Shown piece by piece: positions 1 to 14,431 of a stretch of 64,000 nucleotides of DNA. Where the stretch lies: contig CBFFRP010000232.1 of assembly GCA_965644295.1 (NCBI GenBank), positions 45,035-109,034 of the forward strand, written 5' to 3'. Origin of the DNA: Paraphysomonas bandaiensis. Taxonomy: Eukaryota; Protista; Chrysophyceae. The notes under the pieces were generated by a model. The model was not told the DNA's origin and searched no databases. It saw nothing but the letters and a program-made list of their open reading frames with translations. Position 1 is the stretch's first letter. Every line of letters begins with the position of its first letter. The translations under genes and the position numbers were made by a program.

Positions 1-655
1 TTATATAATGTTGTGCTCACTTAAAGGATGACCATGAACTAGTCTCATAAAATGAACAAATGAAGTACCAAGTAATATAGTATGGAGTTAGCAACTATGA
101 CATTTATAGAGCGTATAGTGTCTACTGAGTACGCAGTAGTCATTGTTGCGCATACTACTCGTCAACTGTATGCTACTCGTAACGGTTATAATTTTAAATA
201 CTTTATAAATACGGCTTTCAAATAGCAGAACTCAACAGTCTATCACAATTACTAATTATTCATTAATTGATTATTGAGTTTATTGTTCAGTTATTTAAGA
301 TCTCAGTTACCAACCTAATGTCAGTTTCGGATAGGTAAGTAAGGCGACCGAACGGTTCGAGCTAAAGCATCCCACACACCCCTGGTACCTTTTTTGTGTG
401 AGTAAATCACACAACTTATATACACCTCAATACGGAACATTAAAAAATTACGATCGTCATTAATTTACAGCAATAAAATATAAATATCACGGGTAATACC
501 TACAACTAGCAAAAATAGATCAAGCCACATTTCTCACATCCAAAGTTGAGCTCCTAATTGCTGCATAATAGTCTTGAACTCGAGTAGCTATACACTGATC
601 TAACAACTCTATATTGGATCTCTATCTGCTGATAAAATATATTCCCATGGAAGTA

Positions 656-2410
656 TCACAAAGATATTGTAAAAGTAGTATCATCATCATCGTCATCATG
701 TGCACTAACATCTTCCAGTGCGCTAGTGTATGACTGAACAAGCTCATATTGAGCAGAGGATATCACTCTACCGAAGGGAACAAGGGACGATACGAGTCGG
801 TGAAGTTGCTGCATAAATGACGGTGGTGATGGGTCCGGAAAAGGCACCTCACTACATATACTGCTGCTAGTGCTAGAATCCATATCGCATTTTTCATCAC
901 AAGCTGTAAAAATAATCATTTCGTCAACGTCGCCGGTGGTCTTGGGTGCATTTTCTGTACTGCCTGCAGATTTACCCTTGATACCCAAAAGGAGTTTCCT
1001 TGCTGCTATGGATTCTTCTTTCCAATCTATCCGACACACCAGCAGTAAATAGAGCAAAAAATGTGTCCATGTACCTACTGTTAGTCCCCAGCACAAACCA
1101 GGGACGCCTAACCTTGCTTTAAATGCAAGCAAAGCAGCTAATGGTAGACCAACTATATAATAGCTGAAGATCACCACAGGGCTTGCCACTCTTTGTTTTC
1201 CAGCTCCTTTGATTACCCCAGTAAATGCACATTGCATACCATCTGCAACCACATATATCGCCAGCGGAACCATAAGTTCCGATACCATCTGTATTACATC
1301 AAGATCTGACGTAAACAGCCGCCCAACCCACGCCCTTCCTGCGAGCAACACGACAGATAGAATTACCCCGATACCGCCCGCTAGGAGGGGGGCCGTCGTG
1401 GCTGATAGAACCGCAGCAGAGGGCCCTGAAGCCCCCAAGGCATGGCCAACACGTGCACAAACAGCTGTGTGTATACCCATCGGTAACGCAAAGCATATCC
1501 CAAGAAGAGTTTGATAAACACTCATAGCGCCGACCTCAACATCTGGATTCGAAAGCAAACCAGAAAGAAATATCGCTACTTCACTAGCCCACCACTCCGA
1601 CATCATCATGACGTTAGGAAGACCAAGTCTTATGTGCTCCGTCCATCCCGTGAAGGCCTTAAATGAAAGCTGAAATCTTGTGCGAGCAAAGGAACCTGAA
1701 CACCGGAGATATATAAGCAAGAGCACCATCTCGAAAACACGTGTAGTGGACACTGCAAGCGCGGCCCCAAGGAAATGTAACCCAACGGTGTGGATATACA
1801 AAAAACACCATATGGGATGGCAACACGCCGACACAACAGCAATACATACGACAGCAGATGCCTTCTGTTGCGCATAAAGCCAGTTCTGCAAACACACTAT
1901 ACAGCTAAAAGAAAAAAGAGCTGGAAGGAGAAACGTCAAGTACCGACAAGCATCTTCTGCTATACTTGAGTCCTGACCTAAGCTTATCATAATTGGAGTT
2001 GCAAACACCCATAAAATGCTGATTGGAATGCAGAGACAAAAAAGTATTACTAATGCCCGTTGAAGCGATAAATTAAGTGCCTCAAAGTCATTTGCACCAT
2101 GAGCTTGACTGCATATAGTTGAGAGTGCTCCACCTATAAATACACATATATACATATCAAACACTATTAATAGTATCATATATATTCATAACTCACCCAT
2201 TCCTATAATTATTGAGTTACCAAATACATTTGATGTCACTGAAGCCAATCCAGCTGCACTGAGATAATGTTTACCTAAATGACCGACAAATACATATGAT
2301 ATCATCTCTACAGCTTTCTTCATTAACATTGCAACAGCAACACGTAAACCTAATTGCATTAATTCCATAGTTTCATTTAAAAAATTAGGAAATTTCACTG
2401 TATTTGTCAT
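656..2410 (-). CDS. MATE family (multidrug and toxic compound extrusion) transporter, 2 exons
   Basis: Exon 2410-2197 (FVGHLGKHYLSAAGLA) joins exon 2133-656 across a GTGAGT..TATAG intron (2196-2134) in frame. MATE motifs: LSTICSQAHGA, EWWASE, RVGHALGA, GVIKGAGKQ, YYIVGLP, GLCWGL. Confidence 0.93.
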
Positions 2411-3147
2411 ATTTATAACTATGTATCTGTTAATATATAGATATATATACAGATTGAGGTTAAAATATTCAAATATATGTGGATTTATTCACTTTCTTTC
2501 CTTAGAAAACAGTAGTTTTCATATGGAAGTTGTGGGAAATGAATATGAAGTGGAAGATAGCATGAAGATGGTTTATTATTGTATGATCCTATACAATTAC
2601 ACACTTCCTGGTGTCTATAGCTCTATGCACAGATACATACATACAGTACACAGCACTTTGTATATGGACCGTACTGGTGTACATGTATAGCAGTATATGT
2701 ATACAGAGTATGTGCTTGCTGTTGTATAGGATATGGTCCAGTACATACACAGAGTACAGGAGTTGTATGAGTGAAAATTTTATACCCCTATATTCCTATC
2801 ATACAAAGCGTCATTTCTGAAAATACCTAATTTATGTACCCAACCCTTCACGAAAACACCTACTTTTAGCTGCTGTGCCATTGAATATAAAAGTCAAGTG
2901 TCCAGTGATGCATTTTCAGTGTTGAGATTTTGTCCGCTGATTTTGCCATATTTTTGGACTATCCAGCTACACAAACACTAAAAATGACAGTTTTTTCGAA
3001 ATATTGATATGTTTTACGGCTGTTTTACACTGCTATCCTTCGTAACTGTATCCATCACTCATATATACATATATATAAGGTGTCGATAGCTTCAATTTGC
3101 CCTACATTTACTTAATTCCAATTAGTGAATTGATATCGTTTTGTCGA

Positions 3148-3915
3148 ATGAAAAGAGTGATATCAATATCCTCAGAACCAAAGGATGCTGCGCAAATTGC
3201 GAGCATGGAAAACATAAACAATTCAATGGAAAAATGGAGAGAATATGAACTTCTACAAGGAAAGATTGACCTCTTAAAGGCTATCACGGAGGAAATAACT
3301 GATGATAATAGTGAAACAGATTGGGTTGCGTGTAAGATTGCGAAAATATTGCTTTATGGTGTTCAACCTATGAAAGAAGAGCTAAATGCAATTTGGCAAA
3401 ATATGGGGGTTGTGTCGGGCTTTGTGGGCGCGATTGCCTTATCAGTGATGTTAAATCCTTTGGAAAAAAGTGATGGTTTTGAAGGCCAAAATGGGAGTGG
3501 TTTTTCGGAAGGCATTGCTCGAGCTTATTATATTTTCTGGACAGTGGCGGCTATCACCGAGATAATGACACTACTCATATTGCTGATTATACTGACTCAC
3601 TTTACATACACGGTCAGAGATGTCGATATATTTAGATTTGTAGTGAACTGGAAAGGGGTGACGGATTTGACAGAGGTTCTTACTACCTTGGGTTGCTATT
3701 CAATGATGATCGGGTCTGCCACTGGTATGTTCATAATCTGCGATAGCGTTGTGGCGGTGACGACGTTTGCTGTTACATTCGTAGCAGCTGTTATAATCAT
3801 GTGGAACTGGTGTACTATGCTCAGCAGGAATGCATGTATGCGAAGGGAATCATCATACAAAATTATCAATTCTTTTAAGGAGCTTCACCTCAAGACGGAG
3901 CTGTTCAAACAATAG
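3148..3915 (+). CDS. Uncharacterised multi-pass membrane protein (about 4 TM helices)
   Basis: Intronless ORF; first plausible ATG at 3148; four hydrophobic segments after a soluble N-terminus. Family not recognised with certainty. Confidence 0.65.
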   Translation: MKRVISISSEPKDAAQIASMENINNSMEKWREYELLQGKIDLLKAITEEITDDNSETDWVACKIAKILLYGVQPMKEELNAIWQNMGVVSGFVGAIALSVMLNPLEKSDGFEGQNGSGFSEGIARAYYIFWTVAAITEIMTLLILLIILTHFTYTVRDVDIFRFVVNWKGVTDLTEVLTTLGCYSMMIGSATGMFIICDSVVAVTTFAVTFVAAVIIMWNWCTMLSRNACMRRESSYKIINSFKELHLKTELFKQ

Positions 3916-4910
3916 GGCTATTTAACGACATTATTTTGTGCATATAACAATGCCTTGGGATTATACTTTTGTTTGCTGATCGGGTTAATAAACCTTATTA
4001 GATAGCACTGCACCGAATTTGTCTTATTCCAGTGTACTTACATACCATGCCAGCAGAATACAAAACCGTGCAGACAACTGTTGCAATGGCTTCTTATATC
4101 TTATCTTATGTTAGTGAAATTAAAATTATAATTAGCAAAGTCACAATACCAACGCCGTGTACGGATATTATGATGATGGTGCAAAGCATCGTCTAAAATA
4201 GTATATATGCTTGAGTAAAGTATATGTGCTCCACTAGTGTAGTGCTGGTGTTGACTACACGATTATGATTCATAATGATAAAGTTCTTTGATGCTAACAT
4301 GTCATGAGTTTGTACGTTTGTACCTATGATCTGTAGCTATACAGCTTAATTTTGCTACCTATATAATTAAGTCAGCCTATTAATGGGCAGCATTTACCAA
4401 AATAAAAACTGCATTTATCATTTGTATAACCGATTACTGTAATTTGCAATTGTTGCCAATAATTGAAAACTAATTAATTGATTGTTATTTGTGAAGGCAA
4501 ACACGGGTCGGGCAACAATTAATTAACGCAGGTTGTAGTCAACTATAATTGCAATTTTTGTTTGCTGTTTCAATTTCAATTATTGCAATTTCAATAATTG
4601 ATAATTCATTGCAAAATTAATTGATACACAGCCCTGGGAAGTAGGGTGGCTCTCACACATTCTGCGCGCGATTTGATTAGCCAATGTGTTAAAGAGATGG
4701 CGGGATTGAATACTGTGTGGAGTACAGTTTTTCAGACATGCAAGTCTACGTAAAAGCGATATTCGACTTTGAATATTTGATATTGGGGGGAAACCATATT
4801 TATATTTCTATAGATAGAAAGGTGATTTTACGAAACATTATCCTTGCGGTGTATCTAGATACAATTGTTATAGATATATTATGTAGATATCTGCGAGAAC
4901 TATAGGCGTC

Positions 4911-5900
4911 GTGTCGCCGCAAGCACCAAGGTGCAAACATTCTCGCAACCCAGTAAACAATAGCCCAAAACCGAATGTTAACGAAAACTTTGTATCTGCT
5001 GACTCCAGATTTTTAAGTTCTGAAGGTAGGTTCATCCCGGATATTGACTTCAGTATGCTGCTCAAAACCCCAGATACCTTTGAGGAGGTTCCATTCCCGA
5101 TTCCTTTTTGTGTTCGTCAAGGCCCAAATACAAAAGTGACTCTTGTATGTATCACTTGCACCACGAAATTATTTTGCTATGAGTGGACAGAACAATCTCT
5201 GCCGTCTACAAATGCGGCTCACAGGTATTTATCCTCCAGAACGCCACGAAAAGGTGCGGGACCGACATTGTTCCATATATGTAAGATTAGCACGCTCTTA
5301 TAACCTTTAACTGAACTTAGCGTTGCTGTAAACATTAAACTTTTTATTAATCTTTGAATATGGAACACGACAATGAGGGTGACACAGACGATGAAATTCA
5401 TGTGTCCCATATTATATACAGTGAAATGTCACAGGCGAAAAAGCCAAGGCAATTTAGCTTGCCGAGGAAACAACAAGAAAGCAATGCAGCAAAAACAGTT
5501 ATAAATAAAAGTGTGGATGATAAAGAAGACATATATACCTCAACTTGCTTCTGACCATAATTACAAGAAGCGTAGAGTTTATATCGTCTGAATATTGCTT
5601 ACGACTAAATTAGAGCGATGGAATACCAGCAGCGCACTCAATGTGCTATAAGACCAAAACCTTACCCTTTCCAGAAAAGCTGCATCATCAGCATACGCAC
5701 ACAGTGACATCATGCAACGTAGACTTGCTTGTTATGGTATGATCTCTCCTAATACAATTCAGCGAGTGTTGTGTCTTACATAAAATACTTAATTGACTAC
5801 CTTTTAATAATTTGAGTAAAACGTTTTCAATACGAACAAAAAGCATTGCGAAATTCAAAAAATTAGTTAAGCAAAAAATCTCATTGCCAATTAAAACTAG
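4911..5900 (+). pseudogene. Possible degenerate transposase-like fragment (BED-finger-like CxxC..H)
   Basis: Broken ORFs; VCITCTTKLF...NAAHRYL resembles a BED zinc finger. No catalytic core recognised. Confidence 0.25.
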
Positions 5901-6014
5901 ATCATATTGAGAAAGCACTTCCCGTTAAATAGTAAATTATTCTTCCAACTTCAAATAAGTCTTTACAGAAATTATTTCGATGGCAGATAATAGGTTGGAG
6001 AAATACACCACGCA

Positions 6015-7120
6015 TTACTTCACTTTGTTGGCTTGATAAGATGCACCTTGATCGAGATTTTCTCGATTAGGGTGGTCTTTGGAATAACTTCTCCAATATG
6101 GGAACGCCCCCTCCTCACATAGTCTCCAAGCCTCATCGAATGCTTGGAGGGTAGCTTCAGGTAGGTCGTCCGCACTCTCTGCAGCTTTACATGCCCTAAG
6201 ATTGCCCTGTAGTTGAGTGATAGAAGATGCCCCAAGGAGAATTCCATCATTACTTTCAAGGGAAGAGTGCCTCAGTAACCACTGGTACGTCGCAGTAATG
6301 AGATCCATCCCCTCTGGCAATGATGCACGGATTAATTCCACAGCCTCAAAATTTCGGTCGGTATAAAACCGAGGCAGATAGTTAGGGTTGTTCTTGAATC
6401 GCCCTGCCTGTACATCACTTCCTGCGCGATGTTTACCTGTAAGTAGTCCTGCTGCGAGTGAGTTATATGCGATGAAGTCAATATTGTGTCGTTTGAGCAG
6501 AGGGAGAAGTCCTGCCTCACATCGTCGGTTCAGAGGGTTATATAGACCCTGGTAAACACTTGGAGCAGTCCATCCATTTTCGGCACAAAGTTGCACAGCC
6601 CGTTCTACTTCGGATTCATGATAATTGCTCATTCCTAAACGACCAACAAGTCCCCTCTGTACAAGCTCATGAGCAGCAGCAAGGGTCTCCGCCAGATCAT
6701 TCTCAGTATCAGGTTGATGAAGATAAAACTCATCCACACGATCCAATCCCATCGCTGTAAGTGAATCTTTTAATTGAGCTTCTAATCCAGTGGCACTTAA
6801 ACCCATTGGCTGAGATGGATGAGCTTTAGTTGTAACTTTCATCGTATCATCTTGTAGTGCTCCACAGGCCTTAAGACACTCTCCCACCCTATCACACAAT
6901 GACCAATACACACTCATATGTATCATACATACATGGGTTCAGTTGATCCACCAGCATATATACGAGCTGAATCAATATGTGAAACACCCGCAGCTTTAGC
7001 TAATTTGATCATCTCAGTGCCTACACCAGCTGTAATAGGGGACGAGGACTGGTTCCAGGCGAATGTCATGGTACCCAAGTATAAACGAGGGAGGGTTGTA
7101 GCACGTGAAACTCCTGACAT
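6015..7120 (-). CDS. Aldo-keto reductase, aflatoxin B1 aldehyde reductase (AKR7)-like, 2 exons
   Basis: LYLGTMTF, IDSARIY, TTKAHP, FYLHQPD, LGMSNY, YQGLYNPL, AYNSLAAGLLTG, LGASS. Intron 6932-6889 (GTATGT..GATAG) restores the frame (PMVGEC). Confidence 0.92.
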
Positions 7121-7179
7121 GATTATATATGTATGATGTATGTATATATGGAAGATATGGAATTAGAGTGTGAGCTATG

Positions 7180-7260
7180 TGTGTATGTATGTATGTATGT
7201 ATGTATGTATGTATGTATGTGGATATATGTATATGTAGGTACGCATATGTATGTATGTGG
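7180..7260. repeat. (TATG)n microsatellite in the AKR/ASPM divergent promoter
   Basis: Directly visible tatg repeats, degenerating to the right. Confidence 0.85.
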
Positions 7261-7714
7261 ATATACATCCATATAAGAATATAGTAGACTACGAACATTC
7301 ATATATAATACAGCAGTACATCCACACGGCATAGATCCTAACGAGAGTTGTCATATGTAAGATAATGATAGAGATGTTCTGTACATATTCTGCATATAAG
7401 CCACGTAGAAGTTGATGGGGTGGATAGTTGATGTGTAGGTCTAGAAAACTATGTATTTGTAGTATACAGTAGTGTATATATCAAGAACCATACTGCTGCT
7501 CGTGCTTTCTGATATAATGTAGCCGTTGTTTTTTGTAAGTCTAACTGTCATCTTGAGATCCACATGCATATCAACTCATACAGTTATTAAAGTGGACATT
7601 AAGAGGTATATGCTCAGTATATAGTCCATATTTATAGTTTATATTTCAAGAATCTGAAAAAGAAAACGAATATATATATCCCTTGTGTGTGGAGTAGCAT
7701 TATATTAGGCTGAT

Positions 7715-10700
7715 ATGGAGATCATTGCAGAGAAAGAAAATCAGCTCCGACAGACCTCATCTGTATCGGACACATCTTTTTCTCAGACTGAAATGTCAGG
7801 AAAAGGTGATATTACACCAACAATGCTCTGTGGAAAATTCCAAGAAGCTACTTGGATTGGATTTGGCTGTGTGAAAGTGGGAATACAATCTTGCCGCATG
7901 TTTAGTTTATATAATCCAGAGAACTGCAGTATCACTATCGCTGTTGGTAAATGTCCAATGAAAAGTGGTTTCAATATAACACTTGGTCCGCATAACGAAT
8001 CATCTATCGTTATTGAGCCAAAGTCGACTGTTGATGGACATGTTTATTGGACACCTAACTCGAATATGTCTGTGAGAGAAGTAGCCATACTATTGATGAA
8101 TTCTAAGACGAAACTGCAATTAACACTTCATGGTATAGCTGGAATAGGCGAGGTGTGTATGACTGTACTTTTCTTTGATGCATGTAATATTTTTGCAGCA
8201 TAAAGTTCCTTCCAAACTAGAACAGAAATCGAAGAAAGTGCCAATCGCGAGGAAAGGAAGTTTCCGTGCAAACGCATCAGGTCCCAAAACATCGATTACA
8301 AATAAGCACGACAGCACTAATTTGATGAAGAAAAATTCTTCAAATCAGTTGAGTTTTGTAGAATCTAAGGCTAATGTCTATGGTGACAAGTGGGCGGATA
8401 AGCAAGTAACATGTATCACTCGCTGGATGAATGAGAAGATCAGTCCCCAAATGCACGTGGTATTTTCTAATATAGGCCCTAATTACAGCTCTATCGATTA
8501 TCAGCACCAACTTCAAAAACACCGAGAGGAAATGTGCTGGATTGCGAGTGAGGACAGTTTCGTGGATGTCGTGGAACGTGTGGAGAGTGAGATTCGATCT
8601 GATAGACTCGCAATGCGGGAAGACCAAAATATACGTGCCAATGTTGGACTCAAGGAAGAGTTTATGCAGATTTTACTCAGTTATGACCTATTATGGCTGA
8701 GACTTGGATTAGAAGTAGTATTAGATATTACGATATCTCCTCCTGCAACTTTTAATCATGAAGATGCGCAAAAGATGTCCCCTGAGAAAGCCTCTGAGCT
8801 TTGGCACAGCAGTCTAAAGAGAGCAATCAATAATCATATATTTTATTCCGAGGAACTTCACAGCATTCACGTAAAGCCAGGGGTAATAATGACTCCTTCT
8901 CTTGAACATAAATATCATCGAGACATGTGTAAGCACATTCTTCGTTCGTTTCTGGTGTTGGTACTGTTGCTGGATAAATGCCGCATCCGGGGTCTATGTG
9001 GACGCCGACATAGGCTATTCAGTAAGCACTCCGTCGTTAAATCATCGAAAGATGTTTTGATCCTTTTCTGTCGCAAATTTCTCAAAGCAGAAGCTAACAT
9101 CATCAAGCATCTTGCATCTAGAGGATACAATGTGGAATATGTGCAGCGCGGGTATGATGAATTCGACTTTATAGTTAAGAATATTTCGTCGGATCTCAAG
9201 GATGGTGTGAGACTCTGTCACTTAGTAAATGTACTTTCTGCTGCTGCACAAGAAGACACTACATACGATGGCTGCTACCAATATGATCTGATTAAATCAA
9301 GTCTTTTAAGAATTCCCGCTGTCAGTCGACTGCAGAAGCTACATAACGTTGGACTTGTGACAAAGACATTGAAAGAACTTGGAGTCAGTGTTCCTGTTGA
9401 GGATAAGCATATAGTGGACGGCCAGCAAAGTTCTACACTGTTGCTATTGTGGATTATTTTATTTGAGTTTGATCTAAAGTTCATGGTCAGTTCTGATAAA
9501 ATAGAGTCAGAGATTAGTAGAATTAATGCTCGTTATATTCACTCAGGTATTATTTAGTCCCTACCTGATATATTTCTTACACTTTTACAGATGAATCTTT
9601 ATTGGATACGACAAATGTGGAGTCAGAACAACTATTTAATTCTCTGAGAAGTTCACTGTTGCGCTGGTGTCAGTGCATATCTTCTATCTACAATGCCCAT
9701 GTGTATAACTTGTCATCAGACTTGAGCAATGGCAGAGTTATTGGGCTTCTGATTCACTACTACCTACCGTCACTGCTGCCTAGACACATTGTATATAAAA
9801 TATTGAGTGGGGTTGGAGAAGACATAGATGACAATGTTTCGGTATTGACTGAAGCTCCACGACACCGTTCTTCTGATGACAGAAAGGTATTCGCCGCCAT
9901 CAGTCGTGCTTGCGAACAGTTAGGAGGTATTCCAACTGTCATACCTACTGCCGACTCTATGAAAACACTTGATGAAAGAACGATTGTTATGTTCTTGGGT
10001 TTTATGTTCGCCAGACTAGTCGACTCTTCGATGAAATATCGCGCGGCTAAGGTTATTCAAACATTTTTGCGACGATATCTTATTCGGTCAAGGGAAACTC
10101 AATGCCGAAGGCGAACCTCCAAATCAATGACTGTTGTCAACCCAAAGTTTTGTTACTCATCACGTGATGCAGCTCATGTAATTACAGCATTCATGAAACA
10201 TATATATTCCCGAAGAGTGGAAAGTAGAACTCAATTGTTGGAAAAAGGTAACGTTGCTGACATAGTAGAAGAAGCTTCTGTTGGTGATGAATTAATTGAG
10301 ATTGAATCTGTAACAGTGGAATCTACACCCACTGATGACACTGTAAGTGATGTTACTGCTGCAGTCGATGAAACTTCTGTGGATATTGTATTGGCATGCG
10401 ATGATGATTTAATGGATGTTGAAACTGCAACAGTGGAATCTATACCGACTGATTGCGCCGTTTGTGAAGTATCATTGTGTGCCGTTGATGCTATAGCCAG
10501 TGAATTTGATAATGAGTTACTGGATGCTGAATCTCTAACAGTGGACTCTACACCGAGTGATAACGCGTTTGGTGAGACATCTTTATGTGATGTTGGTGCT
10601 GTAGTTGATGAACCATCTTTTGGTGGCGAACCAATGGACATTGAAACTGTGACAGTGGACTCACCACTGATTGATAAAGCTTTTAGTGAGACATCGTTAT

Positions 10701-12798
10701 GTGATGTTAATGAGGCTGCTGTCGAAACCGTATCGACACATGCTTCTGAAACGGCCCATGAGAGTGACATTAATATTAATCAAGTAGAGAAGGACATGAT
10801 CAGTGATTGTGACATCGTTTCTCGTCAGCTTGATGATACTGTCACACGAGATAGTGTTATGCATGAGGTGCTAACGGGAAATAAATCTGGCTCTGAAATA
10901 CCTATTGAGTTGCCAAGCTTGGTTAAATTTGCTGCACATGCTGCATTGATGGCAGAAATATCTCAGCAATCGAAATTATTGGAGAAAGTTAAGGCTGAAG
11001 CTGATGGGAGAGTTGCAGCTGAAAAGATGGTATTACAACTTCAAGCGGATCATTTGAAGGCTTTGGAGGAGGCTAATTCGCAGCGAATGGAGCTGGAGGC
11101 TAAGCTACACCATGAAGTTATGGAGAGAGAAAGAATTCAAGCTGAATATCGTGCAGCTGCATTAAGAGCTGAAGAAGAAAGATTAAAAAGAGAAAAAGAA
11201 ATTTATCGTAAGAATGTTTCTGCGTTAGCTATACAGAGCTTGTTTCGAGTTCTACAGGCCAAATCAAAACGGAAGTATCGTTTACAATGTGTATGCAGAA
11301 TTCAACGAGTTGTAAGAGGTTCGCTTGTTCGTCGGCATATGAACATTCTGTCAAGCGCGGCAATCTGTATTCAGAAATATTTCCGCCAGAAAAAGGAACA
11401 AACTACACGCATGCATAAGATTAATTCCGCTGGTATGGTCCTTCAGAGGTGGTTCTCAACGTGCTTGAAGCATAAAAAGGCTATTTTGGAAACGAAGGCA
11501 GCGGTTTCTATACAATCATTTTTGCGAACTCGAGCATTGAGTCAAAAATATAGCACAATTAAATGGTGTGTATTGAAACTTCAAAGTTTATATCGGAAGC
11601 ATCTTGCAGTCCGCTTCTTGAATCGAGCACGAAAGGCTATAGCTGTTATAAGTCGCATGTACTTACGAGCACTTACTAGGAAACATACTTCCGTACAACA
11701 CGCGGCTATGATTATTCAGAACTGTTGGACTTGCTACCGTCGCAAATTATCTACATATGAGGCACATAACAACAAACAAAAGATCAAAGAGTTCACGATT
11801 CGTCTTTCACAAAGAAGAATATATGTATTTTGTGCTACTCACGCCCGCCGATTGAAGGAAATAAGAGCTGTGAACTCAATATCGAGGTGGTTTTTGTGCT
11901 ATTTACCTCTATTGCGTGCGAGAAAAATGGGCCGTGGATTCTTACGTCTACAGGTAAGATTCGTGCACAGTATCGATATATATGTAACCCCATTGCATAG
12001 GCGTTTAGAAGATCTGTAATCATTCGTCGCCATTTATGTAAAACAGTGAAAGTTGCTCTGAAACGATTGAATGCGGCCCATAAAAGATCCAATCAAAACC
12101 CAGAGTTGAGATTAGGGAATCAAACTATTGCTGCTCTTTCTACGTTGCAGAAAGGAAAAATGATTTCACACGTTTTGAAAGCATGCCAAACTCTTGAAAC
12201 ATCCACTCATTATTCGCAAGTGTGTTGCAAGAATTTTGTACTCTCGTCTGCATCTAAAGTTTTATTTACTTTGATCCGTTCTTGTAATCGCAGCACCCCT
12301 CACCAAGAGTTACTGAGGTACATGATACCAAATAATACTTTACCTGTTTAAGATGGATTTATCAGGTGTGCTCTGTCCGTTCTTCTTAATGTTACAAAAG
12401 ATGCATCACTCGCTTCCAAGCTATCTCATAATGGCGACACAACAGAGCTTCTTGTTGATTTGATGCAAATGTTCCGCGATAAAAAAACAATATTTAATCT
12501 TTCGTGTGTATTACTTACAAGAATAGTGGTTGCCCAAGGACACATCAAGGTGAGAGCTTGCATTTTTACAAACTTCTTTGTGCTTACTGTTGAAAAGGAT
12601 GAATGTTGCAGTCAAGACATTCGAAAAAGGCTGGACGGAATACAACATATTCTTGAAAGAAAACATCGCCTTGATATGCGAGTCAAGAGCATTAACTCCA
12701 GTAAACTCGCTAGAGTCAGCCCTAAGTCTGGTTGCGGATCCATAGAGAAGAGTCCGTATGAACTAATATCTGCTTTGATTACTAGTTTAGAAGAGTAA
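7715..12798 (+). CDS. ASPM: Abnormal spindle-like microcephaly-associated protein homolog, 6 exons
   Basis: N-terminal ASH/Ig-like domain; WLRLGLEVV; CH domains (YDEFDFIVKNISSDLKDGVRL, LRIPAVSRLQKLHNV, LLRWCQ..DLSNGR); many IQ motifs; C-terminal LIRSCNRSTPH ARM-like region. Frame-consistent introns at 8153-8198, 9547-9590, 11954-12000, 12318-12365, 12550-12597. Confidence 0.93.
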
Positions 12799-14431
12799 CT
12801 GCACCCATGCCAAAATGGCGAGATAATAGTTCCCAACTGTATGCATTGAATATCATAATATATACGAATTAATAATGATAAGGAGCTTCACTGCTGTGTA
12901 TTTACAGAAATAAGTTCATCTATCTAGCAATTTCAAGCAATCTATACTTCATAGCTTACATTAACCAAAAGCAGACTACTATCTGTATCCCCAATACTAA
13001 TAATCAATAACACTAATTGCTATAGTGAATCTCATGATCTTCAAGTTGAGGAAGCATAATACATATTGAATGTTTTGCACTTTGGGGTGTATAAACTCAG
13101 AATAACTAACGATAGGTTCTAGAAACTAGAAATCACCCGTTACACTTATGAGTTGACTTCACCTAATGCACACACTTTCAACTCACTTCAGCTGGACAAC
13201 ATATATTGCATTTTACTGCAGAGCTCAACAGATAATTTATTGTAACTAGTATCTATAAAGAAACACTCTTGCAATGAACTGCTATTATTCTACATTATTA
13301 TGATATATATATAAATGACTAACCATCATAATATTTTGCTATTTTCTTTCACAAAATTTAAAATATACTAGCACAAAATATGTACGGTTAAGTATTATTG
13401 AGCAATAATGATGATTACTTTTAGTTTATGTGGAAGAGTAAGTTGAGCAATTGAACTGTATCGTTCATAGTCTTCGAATTAAAACCGTTTGTCATGAATA
13501 TACTACCACTTTATGAAATATAATTAACGAAATGTTGTGAAATGTATAAGATAAAATGATATATTGACTTTTGAAATTTGTGACACTCTGGTAATACTAT
13601 TTTTTAAAGAATGTTTTAGTGACACTACACGGGTATTTCCTTCATTATTCGTCTTCAGTGTGTGTAAGATGAAAATATAAACACATCAAGTTGAATAATT
13701 CTACATTTATTTCATTAAATATAAATCAAGTTTGTAAACTTGAGAATTCAGGTAACAAAATATATCATGATTTAGAACTTTATTATCCCCACTTTTCGTC
13801 TCAAAAAACACTTGTTTTTGACCTGAATTGGATTTAACAGAACGTTCATATTAGTACCGGGCAAATATAGGCATTCAACTTCAAAAGTATTCTTCTATCT
13901 TAATAATGTTATTGACAGTCCTTACACTTCATCAGGCAGCTCAATGCCCTTGATGTGGGCCCATTCCCGGATGCTGCATTGGTGGTGGCAAACAGTTTGC
14001 GCGAGCATCTTCCAATTGAAACATCACTGCAATACTGTTCCCCTTTCCATACGTCAACTAGAATGTTCATACAGTCAAGGGTATTAGGTTTCAAACCGTA
14101 CATAATTCCTTTGTAGCTGTTGGTATGGCCAATTTAATACGTTCACATCGCTCAGCGTCATCAAAAACAGAAAGCAGCGTGTGCAAGAGATTGTATTTAT
14201 AACCTACTTTGATGGAAGCAATAATACCCATGCCCATTGGTTGATGACACGCAGTCAGCCAATGGACATGGGTATCATATTGCTTCCATCAAATATGTAG
14301 TGTATAATAATGGCATCTTTTCATATGAACCTAAAACATGTTCATATGAACTGTATCGTATTATACTTATACTTCACTGTGACTTTAAAAGACCGGATGA
14401 AGTATATCATATTGATATATAATATAGATAT

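Noticed and set aside
4380-4640. aattgcaat-rich MITE-like remnant ending ..cagccctg (similar texture at about 21050-21170)
   Set aside because: Only one convincing terminus and no TSD; too degenerate to delimit.
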